A program made the position numbers and the translations under genes. Of a stretch of DNA of 64,000 nt, positions 52,885 to 64,000 are shown one piece after another. The notes beneath the pieces were generated by a model. The model was not told the DNA's origin. It made no database searches and saw only the letters and a program-made list of their open reading frames with translations. The first letter of the stretch is position 1; each line of letters begins with the position of its first letter. Source of the stretch: Amoebidium appalachense (Eukaryota > Protista > Ichthyosporea); assembly GCA_963693365.1 (NCBI GenBank), contig CAVNZM010000004.1, forward strand, positions 11,870,468 through 11,934,467, read 5' to 3'.

Positions 52885-55194
52885 CCCCCTCAAAATAAAT
52901 AAATAAAGAAGATTTTCATGATCGCAGGGACACACACACACACCCAGCACACATCCAAAACCAACACAAACCAGAGGTACAGAGAGTAAACGCCACACTA
53001 TGTTAGCGACCTAAATGGACAGCAGAAATATATATCAATCTCATTTTCTCATCAGCTCACATTACCCCTCTTCCAAAAACAAAGGGCACTCACGGTAGCA
53101 TTTCTAATGGCTGTGCGAATATCTTGCACTGTCAACCCATCCAGCGCATCTGCGTTTTCCAGTGTGCGCCCATATGTCTCGTGGAAGATGTAGCTGATGC
53201 GTGCCCCTCCACTCCTGTGTCACCAACCACAGACACCAGAAAACTAATTAAAAATTGCATTACGAAGCTACGGGTTGGTGGTGGTGGCTGCAGAGGTGAA
53301 AACAGGGCAGGTGGTGGTTGTGGTGGTGGCGGTGTGTGGGGAGACAAGGGTGGGGATGTGGGAGGAGGAGGGAAGGGGGAAGTTTCAGGGCTGAAAGTCG
53401 TTTGTAAATCGTGGAGGGTGTTGCTGCAGGGTGTTGGTTGTGGTGCCGCATGGTTTGAAAAGGAAGAAATTGGTATGGGCAAGAGAGAACCGTATCCAAT
53501 TGATGGATGCAAAGCTGTCATCAAATACACAGAAACGACATGTGCCAACTGCTTATAAGATTCAGTGGAAGTCATCTTCGAAAATGGCAAAAATAATCGG
53601 ACAGGGGTGATGGTTGGTGGTGCAAGTCTGGTTGAGTGTGTGATGGTGTGTACAGTTGGTTGTGAGAGCTCGGGCATGTGCACATTAAGTGGTGTGTGTG
53701 TGTGTGCGTGTGCGTGCGTGCGTGCGTGTGCGTGTGTCTGTGTGTGTGCGCGCGCGTGTGTGTATGTGCGCGCGAGTGCAAGCAATTGCACAATGGCTTA
53801 AAGGACACCTACAGCTCCGAGGTAGCCAGATCCCTAGCAGTGCCATCAATGATCTGGCAGTAGGTGGCTGCAACCTTGGTCAGCACCTGCAATAGCAGCC
53901 CAGACTGCAGGAACCCATGTGTTAGTCTCATTACAACATGGCAAAAACACATAACATTCCTGAGTAACTAAAACTCTATCCAACATCAGCGTGCACAATC
54001 AACTACACATTCCCACCTACGTCTCAGTCTCTTGGTGCTTTTTTAGTGAAGTGAATTGCCACATGATGACAATCAGACATGTGCAGTGACGTGGCATGGA
54101 TGGGATGTTGAATGGAAAGTGCTAAGACCGGTGATCGTTTGTCCCTCCTGCCCCTATGTAAACTCGGTGGGTGAAACGCGATGTAAAGGCACAAAATTCT
54201 TGTATAAACACTTCATAAAACCACAACTACTCCGAGCACGGGCCACTACAATCATGGTTACAACGTCTCTGGCATACTCCCAGTACTCTGCAGCTGCCCC
54301 AAAAAGGAAATGGGGGTAATGCATACCTTGTCCACATTCTCGGTAGCTGGGTCCCCATACAGGGCCAGCTGCTGTTGCTGTAATACCCGATATGTTAGTC
54401 ATAACCCCATTAATCCCCCCCCCCCCCCCCCCCCCCCCCCTCCAAAACCCACCCTCTTCTTTCCCCACTCTTGCCCTCTCATTGTTCCCTGCCTACCCAC
54501 ACGCCTTTGACCTCTGTGGCACATATTTCACTGCAACATTTATTCCACTGCAATTCCAATGAAGGCACAACAGCAAGGGCACCCCCGGCTTACAAAATCC
54601 CCCCCCCCCCCCCCCCCTCCTCTCGGGGTGGGTGTCGCAGCCCTAACCCCATACCCCCATTTCCTCTCTGCATTGCAATACATGCACACATATACCCGCA
54701 TGCACATACCACATACAACCTAACATACATGCATAGTCGTGAGCACGTGTGTGTGGGCGATCATAATCAGGGGGCAGGGAGCAGGGCAGCATTGGGCAGA
54801 TGGTGTTGTTACCTTAGCTGCGAGCATGGCACTTATTCTGTGCCTCAGTTCGGGTAGACACTCCTTGATGTGGTGCATGAGAAGCTGTAGGAAAAAACCC
54901 CAGTCACACAGGCGATAGTCAAGATATCGAACTCAATTTGATACGACCACAATGAAACACATGCAGAAGAAAACATCGGCTACAGTGCAGCATAGAAACA
55001 TGGAAGCTTGGGGAAATATAAATGGAAAACGTTAAAATCAGAGACCCCTATAGTAGTAGCAGTTATGTGGCGTGGCACAGGGAACACACATGTATGTCCG
55101 ACTGTGTATAGCTGCCACACCAACCACACGTATAAATTGCCCCCCCCTCCCCCCTCCCCCCCCCCCTTTTTTTTTTTTTCTTCTTTTCTTTTCT

Positions 55195-55234
<40 letters not shown>

Positions 55235-57924
55235 AGGTAGTGCCATGCAACCACGCCCACCTTATTCAATGTCTTGGCCAGATACGTCGTGCCCGATCTA
55301 GCAGCCACCTGTGCATACACCGGGTGTGATCGGAAATAGAGCTCTTCGGCCTCCCGTGCCTTCTGCACGCTAACCTTTTCTCGGATGTCCTGTATGGAAT
55401 ATTAGCGTCAAAGGCCAGAGAATAAAAGAAAACAATCCACTTATTGGTGTGGTGGCAGCAGCAGCATGCGCACGCGCGCACGCGTGTGTTGTAGGCAGGG
55501 TTGGTGTTGGGGGTGGAGGTGGGGGTGCAGAGGGGAGGGGAGGGGAGGGGAGGTGAGGGTGGGGTGGGGGGAAGGGGGGGCAGGGGGTAGGGAGGAGGAG
55601 GGGGGGGGGGGGGGGGGGGGGGGAAGGGGGGAATAGACAGAGTATCTCAATGACACACGGTGGCGTCAACAAATAACGTGCAAGAGCACAATGCAAGGGC
55701 CAAGGAGTGATGGTGGTGGTGGTGGTGGTGGTGGTGGTGGTGGTGGTGTGTGTGTGTGTGCGTAGTTGTGGTTGTGTCTGTGTGTCTGTGTGTGTGTGTG
55801 GTGGTGGTGGTGGTGGTGGTGGTGGTGGGGGGGGGGGGGGGGGGGGGGGGAGAGGAGGAGGGGAGGGGGAGTCACCTGTTGACTCCTGTTTACGACACCG
55901 ATAAAGCCCAGCTTCACAGGGACCACACGGCCACTGAGCACGTCCATAGCATCGGTCCCTGCACAAACAAAGTTTAGGAAGAGGCGCACGAGCCTGCAAA
56001 TGACATCCCCCCCCCCCCCCCCCCCCCCCCTTCTCCCCGCCCCCAACCACACACACCAAAAAAAAAAAAAGACACACAGACGCCACCACCACCACCAATT
56101 CCCCAAACACAGACTCACATACACCCACCCACCCACCCACATAATCATAATGATGATGGTGGTAATGATAATGACAAAAACCAAAGCAGATAACTAAAAA
56201 GAAAGAGAGGAAAGCATAGAAGCCACCCAGCCCTCAGGCAGCACCAGGGTAGGGATATCAGTCCGACTCCGGATCCTGTGCCTTAACAAGAGTGTGACTC
56301 GACCCGTTCAAACTTATCCGGTTGTGATCGTCAATAAAACTCCCTTGCGAATCCGAGCCGTCAACCCATCCCTCCTATGATAATCCTATTGCTCCACCCT
56401 TGCTCTCAATATATATTTAATTCTCCCCTATTTAAGGGAGGGAGAGAGAGGAGGAAAAATAAAAAATAAAAAAAGGAAAAAGTAACCAAGAAGCAAGTGC
56501 ATTAGTTAAAGTTTGTGTGTGCAAGTGGATGTTGACCAGATCTGTCGGTTCACATCTGTCTCTTTACCCCCGGTGTTAAAAGATGGGTAACGTATAAGTA
56601 CACCCAACTTTGAGGCGCTCAGCTTTTTTTTTCCCCGACACGCAACGGGCCACTTCTATTAGTAGAAAAGTTGCCTTTCATAGTGAAGAGCGCGCACATA
56701 TAATTTTTTTGCGGTGTTTATGTCTGTTTGATTAATGTTTACTATAAGCGATCATCAAGGGGTAGCGTGGTCTAAACTAAGTTACCCATCTCGCAACTAA
56801 ATTACCCATCACATTAGAGACTTTGGGCGGCAGCGGCGGCATCAGTTGAATTGCCTTGGCAGCCGCGAATCCAGATTTGGCCAAAAAGCTGCCCGCTGAA
56901 GTGGAAAAAGTTGTCGCATTGCATAATTTATTTATACGATACCTTATTTTCTTGGTGCGCCTTAGTATTATAATGCATTTGCTGTACTCATAGAAAGTTT
57001 CAGCTCTCTAAGACAATTTTAACTGTATAAATTTGTTGTTCTTTGTCGAGGGAACATGAGTAATTTAGTAAGTTACCCATACTAATTGAGCGATTCTTGA
57101 AGAAATTCCCGGGATAGGAGATGGGTAACTTAGTATAACACCATCCCGACACCGGGGTTACACATATTCTTTACATACAACACAACAAAGAGCAAACGAA
57201 AAGCAAGAGCAGCACCCACCCTGATCCATCAGATCCAGCTTTGTGCAAACACCAATGGTGCGGTTTCCTTCCGGGTCGGCCATGCGTGCAACCTTCAGAG
57301 CATCGCTGTTTGCAATGTCTGTGTTGGCTGGTGTGACTGCTAGGATGATGCAATTTGGATTCTGAAGAGGGTTAAACACACATGTCAGCAGCTGGTGTAT
57401 AACCCCCCCCCCCCCCCCCCTCCCCCTCCCCCCTCAACCCTCCTCTCCCCCCCCAACTCACCCACCCACGCACACACACACACGGTCCCTTAGCCTCCGT
57501 TCAATGTCCCAGAAAGGGACAACAACGAAACGGGAGATTACCTAAAATAACCCAGCTAAATCGAACTGGACCATTAAAACCTCCACCCATACTCCTCCAT
57601 CTCCAACCCCCCCCCCCCCCCCCCCAATCCTGTCTGCCAACCACGGTCACAAAAGAAACAACCCCCCCCCCCCTCCAGCAAGAGACAGGGGAAGTGGAAG
57701 GGGGAGGTGGGTAGGAAGCAAGGAAAGGGAGCGGCAGAGGAGGAGGGGCGCACGGAGGGTGGCATGCATTACATAGACCAAAATAGTGACCACAAATCTT
57801 ACATGACCATCGAGAAGTGCAAAGATCAAATCACACCGAGTTTGCACACATAAACCCTAAGTCCATGCTCCCACGCGCGGGGAGAGGGGGGAGGGGGGGG
57901 GAGGGCTTGGGATACGCGGTGTCC

Positions 57925-57962
<38 letters not shown>

Positions 57963-58547
57963 CCTGCGTGCTCTTTTGGTTGAAGTTGAGTCATAACACA
58001 TGTTGCGGCCAATGCAACTATATGAGAGCCCCCCCTCCCCCCCCCCCCCCCCCCCCTCCCCCCCCCCCCCGATGCAGGCCCAGCCATATCCGGGCACCAC
58101 CACACACCGACCGCAATTTTCAACTACCGTATCAAGAAGATGCTCACCAGGTAAGCAACACACGGAAGAAGAAGCCAAGGTCCCACCATGCACACATGAT
58201 CGCACACGACCCAAAGGCAAACAAGACCACACAGCATATACTTGCCTGGATGTATGCAAATACAAGGTCCTGGATTTGTTTCTCAATGTCCTCTGGCTGG
58301 TCACCAACAGGCACCTGTCACCCAAAAAACACGTTATTCCAGCTCTTTCCTTCCCCCCCCCCCCCCCCCCCCGGAAATGCACATGCACACACGCTCACCT
58401 TCTCTGAAGATCAATGGGTACCCAGCACATCAAGAGATTGGCAAAAGGATGTGACACAAGACAGGAAGACAGCTAAGACAACAACATGCAACACTTCAGC
58501 CCGTTGGATGCCCTTTCTTATTCTTTCGTTCTTTCTTTGTTTCTTTC

Positions 58548-58579
<32 letters not shown>

Positions 58580-59032
58580 TTTTTTTTTTTTTTTTTGGGG
58601 GGGGGGGGGGGGGTAATATGTGGCACATAGCATAGAATCAGAGCAGACAAACAGCAAAGATGCAGTATAAGCATGGAGCATAGGTGTAGGGGAAGGAAGT
58701 CGGTCATATGTGGAGATATACAACTCGAGAAAATACCTTTGTGATTCCGGGAAGGTCCACCAGAGTGAGATTCAGCACGTTAGGGCTGTAGATCTTGAGG
58801 TTGATGGGCACATTGCTGATGCCTTTGTTGTGACCAGACAGCCGGTCTGCATGAGCCCACAGTACACACCGGATAAGCCAGAGTCGTAACGTGCTGTTTT
58901 TTGACTCTACGTTTGTACCCACCCACCCACCCCCTTCCCCTAACTCATTTCCACACCTGTGTACCCTATTCTGACCATTATACTGCCCCAACAAGTAACT
59001 GGACACCCCAACCAAACACCAAACCATGAACC

Positions 59033-59065
<33 letters not shown>

Positions 59066-59483
59066 GGCCCAAGCCCCCAAACACACATACACCGGCTTCT
59101 CGGTTAAGCACCGTTTAGGCTGTCACGACCATCTATAGCTTGGGCGAGCCCTGTTTATGCTAACACATCCACATATAGCGTGCTATACATCGACCTATGA
59201 CCACAAATTGCAATACACCATGTACACAAGCACACACACATAGACAAGACTCACACACACACACACATGCGCGCACACACAAGTACAAACAGACACATGC
59301 ACACACACACGCAAGCGCGGGCACACACACACACACACACAAAAAAAAAAAAAAAATCAAGCGCATGCACACAAATACACACACACACGCACACACACAC
59401 AAGCACGTGCACGCGCACACACGCGCACACACCACACCCACACGGAGATATCACTCCCCCCCCCCTCCCCCTCCCCTCCCTTC

Positions 59484-59514
<31 letters not shown>

Positions 59515-59943
59515 AAAACAAACAAAAACACCCATAAAAAACAAATAAAATAATAGAAAGAACATCAAGCCTTCGTATTCCACGTCTGAAAACCAGATAG
59601 ACATGATGGTTAATGACTGCAATTACCTGTTTCCCGGATAATCTCCTGGCAAATCTCGTCGAAGTCATAGAACTTCTTTCCTGCGCAGTGCAAGAACTCG
59701 CCATATTCAGCAAAACCACCTGCCGAAGTTCCCACTGGTCAGAACAAGGTGCCCAAAAGAAATTATAGTTCACAGAGGCCACACGTGCATAAAGCCATTT
59801 GACCAAGTCCTATGGCCATCAAGTTGCCACTTCTCAGCCTCCCCCCCACACACATGGACACGGGCACACACGGACACACCGGCACCAGTCGTTATTTTCC
59901 GAACACTTCCCCTTGATGTATAGCCTCAATTCTCATAATTTAT

Positions 59944-59991
<48 letters not shown>

Positions 59992-60160
59992 TTTTTTTCC
60001 CCTCCACGTCCTCCACAGCTTCAAACCGAGGTCCTGCTAGAGTTGAAGCAAGTGTCTTGCAACAATCAAGGCACCGAGACAACGAGAGTAAGGGAAAGGT
60101 GGTAAAATCAGCACGACCAGGCACACAAGTGCCCCAACAGTTGCGCAGCCAGAACAGGCA

Positions 60161-60213
<53 letters not shown>

Positions 60214-60846
60214 CACGCACGCATGCACACACACAGCGTGAAGCAGGCACATGATGGATCCCTCCTACACACCTTTGGCATCCCTGTTCACAAGCTGGAG
60301 CACCAGCGGCCGACGAGTAACTATGCCTGTGCCACGGGGAAGAAAATCACGACCGACCAGGCTCTCCAAAACGGAGCTCTGCAGAGCACAGCAGTCAAAA
60401 CATGGGGCCGCGCAGATAGAAAGCTACCAGCTTCCATACACCTGCAAATTGACTACATACCAAGCACCTTCCGAACTTATTAACACCCATGGTGGACCAG
60501 CTTATGACCTGCAAAGGACTACTAGGCAGTATTGGATTCCCATAAATCTGGATGGCCCAGGGGTTGGTGAGGATCGTAACTCTTCACAAGATGCCCACCG
60601 CACAAAGGAAGCGTGAAACTGCTCCTCACAGCTACCGGCCCCCCCAAAAAACCTTAAGCGATTCGAAACTGCTGAAACATGTGTGTGTGGCATATGTGTG
60701 TGTGTGGGTGTGTGTGTGTGTGTGGGGGGGGGGGGTTGGAGAGGTTTTGGCCAAGCCATGTTAAGCCACAATAAAAGCAGAGATGAACAGAAGAGGGAAG
60801 GAAGGGCACAAGGTAGATGGGAGAGAGCAGTGTTGTGTGTGTGTGT

Positions 60847-60880
<34 letters not shown>

Positions 60881-61072
60881 TGGCCTGAGGAAGCCGGAGG
60901 AGGAGGTCGGGTCTGCCAGGCTTGATGTTCACCAAACATGAATGTTCAAAAACCGCACCTTGCCACTGCTCTGCGAGCCCACCACTGCTATTTGCGGCAG
61001 CTGCAGCGACTCCGCTCCGATGGTATTGAAAACATCCTGGAGCTTGTTAATTACTGGAATAAGCTGCTCCAT
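45843..61072 (-). CDS. DNM1L: Dynamin-related protein Drp1/Dnm1 (mitochondrial/peroxisomal fission GTPase), ~23 exons
   Basis: Exons 61072-60959, 60378-60273, 59719-59627, 58846-58737, 58314-58246, 57361-57220, 55958-55876, 55389-55261, 54884-54813, 54377-54327, 53904-53813, 53214-53094, 52702-52556, 52144-52077, 51206-51109, 50751-50609, 50214-50146, 49586-49509, 48953-48834, (48440-48402?), 48243-48186, 47694-47579, 46542-46474, 45926-45843. Motifs: [80 protein letters not shown]. No PH or proline-rich domain. Confidence 0.93.
46312..46416 (-). repeat. Dispersed ~104-bp element flanked by poly-G (poly-C on minus), copy 2, in the last Drp1 intron
   Basis: Reverse complement of 7643-7745 at ~89% identity. 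Confidence 0.85.
47179..47403. mobile_element. MITE (~225 bp) with ~45-bp TIRs and TA flanks
   Basis: Left TA|GGGTCAACCTGTTAGATCGTGATATGGGGCTTAAATCGTGATAC. Right end reverse complement TA|GGGTCAAACCTTTAGATCGTGATACGGGGTTTAAATCGTGACAC. Confidence 0.8.
50435..50512. repeat. Two-copy ~39-bp tandem duplication in a Drp1 intron
   Basis: ACTTTCCTTATATGGGTGATCTGATCGGACTGGTTCGAT followed by ACTTTCCTAATATGGGTAATCCAATCGGACTGGTTTCGAT. Confidence 0.75.
56567..57157. mobile_element. Non-autonomous DNA transposon (~590 bp) with TTA flanks
   Basis: TTA|CCCCCGGTGT...ACACCGGGG|TTA, with the subterminal motif (AAG)TTACCCAT / ATGGGTAA repeated at ~56583, 56780, 56800, 57070 and 57121. AT-rich and free of microsatellites, unlike the surrounding intron. 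Confidence 0.65.
57362..58245 (-). other. GC-AG intron in Drp1
   Basis: Frame (…FAYIQ|NPNCIILAV…) requires the donor CAG|GCAAGT. The nearby GT would shift the frame. Confidence 0.85.
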
Positions 61073-61410
61073 GATGCCTCTCGTCCGACCGAAAGAATTA
61101 TGTCAAAACCACTTGAACCGAAGCAGCCTGCTGACTTTGGCTCCTACTTATTTACACGGTGCTGGGACAGGAACCCTGTCAGCTTAATTATTCTAAAGTA
61201 TAACACTTCTAGTCCTTGGCTTTAGCAGAAAACATATAGCTCAATATATGTATGAGGTTAGTTTTTCTTTTTTTCGAGCGTATTATATGGGTTCACGCCA
61301 GCCAAGAGCTGCCAACGTTCCGTCCGTCGGACTCGAAGGTCCAAGCTTGACGGCACCTGGCCTCCGGATCCACTGAAAAATGACGAAACATGTGCCAGTC
61401 AGCCTGCTGT

Positions 61411-61441
61411 TTGATTGGCCAAGAGCGCTTCACTGACGTCA
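61411..61441 (-). promoter_or_regulatory. CCAAT box and CRE (TGACGTCA) upstream of Drp1
   Basis: TTGATTGGCC at 61411-61420 and TGACGTCA at 61434-61441, ~350 bp upstream of the ATG. Another TGACGTCA lies at 9560-9567 upstream of the phosphatase. Confidence 0.4.
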
Positions 61442-62310
61442 TCACATCATATCCCAGCCCTACAGAAAGCTTTTCAATGGCCAAAGTTTTGAGAAGAGAA
61501 GAGAGAACGTCGCGAGACCTTGGTTGGAGATGTGATGCTCCTGAGGGAAAGAACAGTAAAGGTTGTTGTTGTTGTAACGCATGGAGTAATTGTAGTGACT
61601 GCATAGAAAAAATTTGGTCGGTACCGTTACCCACCTGCACGTGCACCTAAGGCTGGTACACGGTCATGAACCAGTGACTGAAGCATGGTACTCTAAATAT
61701 GACCTCCAGGTTTTCAATTGAACGAGTTTCTTTGCTGTATACTTAAGCAAGCAAACATTTAAATAAAGAAAGACAGCATCTTACAGATATCACATTCTCA
61801 CATCAACAATATTTCCAGACTCCATGGGAACACCGCCACCCATAACGTGCTTCCATTTTCAATTGAATCCAGAAACACTAGGTCACCCAAGTTCCAACAC
61901 TACGTGGGCAGTGGAAGTTGTTAATGAATGAAGAGCTCATCATGGTGTACCCCACCGATGTGCATCTCGTACCTAGCGCCCTATGAATATACTGTAAAGC
62001 TTTGACCAATAGAAATAATAATACAGACAGAAGCAGGGTCGATGCTGTGGTTGTTTTAACTAGTCGTGATCAAAGCTAATGTTTTTGTTCCCGATGGGAA
62101 TGTTATGTACACCTGAAGAACACCACGATGGCCTTAACCTTAAAAATTACAGACCTAAATTTTGGCAAAAGAGAGTGGAGCTTTGTTGCGAGTTGATATT
62201 CTACATAACTGCTACTTTACCGAATCAAACAAACTCGTGGCAAGACCCACATGCACAGTCAGCGTCATCCTTCCAGAAACCTGGTTTTCAATATTGGCCA
62301 AAAAAGAGAA

Positions 62311-63126
62311 CTAGGCCACAAAACTTTGAGTCCTACGAACACGGAACAACGTGTCATGTCGAAGGGAGGACCGCCGTTGCAGACCCTCACAAGCATCCGA
62401 TGTAGTCACGACCTTCACACTGTTTCTCCGCAAGGGCAAAGTCTGGCTCGTAAAGCTACTCGAGGGACCAGCACGTGAATTCGTGTAGTTTTTGTCTGTG
62501 TCGTCTTGATCTATGTCCACCCGTGCTGGTGGCAGTGCCTCCAAATCAGCCATGTTTGGAACACCTCTGCAACGTGGATGGGTTGCTAAATTTTGGTTTT
62601 CAGTCTCTGTGTAAGCAAGCCAGGTTGGTGCAGAAGGCGACTTCATCGACTTCCTCCTCACCCTTGCAAGGTCTTGTTGCTTCGTCTGTACTTTCTTCCA
62701 CGCTTTTTCTAGCTCAGGATCGTGCAAAGAGCAGTCCCCATCGCTCAGTAGTTCCCCACCCTGCGAGTAACGGATAACGAGAATTCAGTGGAAAATTAAG
62801 CTTGCGACATACTGCCATACCAAAATGGTACTAAAAGGAAGACTCTGAAAAGCAACACTAGACTGGTGCATATAGTAAGGCTGGGTAGCACCACGAAAAG
62901 CTTCAAACAATGACACATACAAGAGTCTTGTAGTGCACAGAAACCCGCAGCTGACTGCCACTCCTACCGGCCAACTGATGAAACTTTCTATCAGTCATGC
63001 CTCAGCCACAACAAACGCAAACTAGCGACCAACCTTTCTTTGCGGGGTCCCCAAACGGTCGTATTTCATGGACTTTGACCGGCTGAAACCACTCAAAAAT
63101 TTCTTAAGCGACACCATGACTGACAT
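62311..63126 (-). CDS. Hypothetical, probably disordered protein, at least 2 exons
   Basis: Exon 63126-63034 MSVMVSLKKFLSGFSRSKSMKYDRLGTPQRK|GTTGGT joins in phase 0 to CGCAG|62760-62311 GGELLSDGDCSLHDPELEKAWKKVQ...RRTQSFVA*. It may extend further upstream. Confidence 0.5.
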
Positions 63127-64000
63127 TCGTTCAGCACCCTGGTTCGAAGGTTTCGTTTCACGGCTTCAACTGGGCAGGGGTGTTAGCTTTGCGCGGAGTA
63201 ACTATCTCTGGTTGTTGGGATAAATGATTCAAGGGGAAAATAAGACTGTGCCCGCAGCAGGCCGAATCTGAAAGTTATACAGTTTCAATAAACTGCGTGG
63301 GTGTAGGAACACAATGGACTGCTGACGTTGCTCCTTATGGCCTTCTGCAATTGCCTGAGAAATTTGCAGCCACGCCGTGGGGCACACGATCACCGTTGGT
63401 TGAGAAGAAGCCCAAATAGAATCAGGGGGAGCATGTGAGTTTGTTATCCTACTTCATTGGACAGGAACTTCAGCAAGCCAGGCTCTTCCCAAAAGCAAAC
63501 CCACATGCCATGTTGCAGTAGCCTTAACTGAAAACTATCAACTTCAGTTCAGTTCAAGTATCGTGTCTCCAGTGGCTCCTCGAGCTCAGACAGAGCCTCC
63601 TCCACGTCAACTTTGCCAAACGTATGAATGCCGGATCAGCAGGATCTCCCTGGCCTATCTTTGCTAGATGGCGGAATCGGTTTCCGATTGGCTACAGAAT
63701 GCCCTTAGGTGGACGGCAAAATAGATCGGTGAGTGAGTATCAAGTGACCAAGAATTTTACAAACTCCAGATAGACAAAGAGTTGAGCTATAGCATATTGC
63801 TCTTAATTATTAAAACGAAAAGATGTTTGTAGTATATATTGACCTAAATTAGGGTTTATATTTTGTTTTGAGGCTTGGTCTAGGCTTTTCAGATGTATCA
63901 CATCACTGGAGCAGTCATAGGCTTTTGCACACCTCTCTCCAATAGATTCTCATTCAGTTTCCTATTGGTGTAGCGAGCATCACACGCTCTCATAGAGCGG

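Noticed and set aside
53805-53815. Apparent in-frame TAG after ...ATSEL in Drp1 (readthrough or pseudogene?)
   Set aside because: The TAG lies inside the donor CT|GTAGGT; phase-2 splicing to 53214 restores ELSGGARI.

Overview
Intron-rich eukaryotic genomic DNA. The MTCH-type carrier and general gene style suggest a holozoan, possibly a unicellular animal relative (inference only). Most ORFs in the supplied track are artefacts of poly-C/poly-G runs and (CA)n/(CT)n microsatellites, which fill nearly every intron. By walking splice sites by hand I could assemble these genes: a partial minus-strand hypothetical gene at the left edge; a 6-exon MTCH1/2-like outer-membrane carrier (1866-8379, +); an intronless atypical dual-specificity phosphatase (9720-10382, +); a 32-exon 5-oxoprolinase (12867-32687, +); a type-I membrane protein with a His-rich collagen-like (GPH-GPP)n ectodomain (38464-34996, -); a 56-aa small ORF behind a CCAAT/TATA promoter (44493-44663, +); a ~23-exon Drp1/Dnm1 dynamin with one GC-AG intron (61072-45843, -); and a 2-exon hypothetical gene (63126-62311, -). 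Introns also hold several MITEs with distinct TIR/TSD signatures and a ~104-bp dispersed element embedded in poly-C. The most interesting signals are the His-collagen membrane protein, the splice-site-anchored complementary repeats in introns, and the promoter-backed micropeptide.
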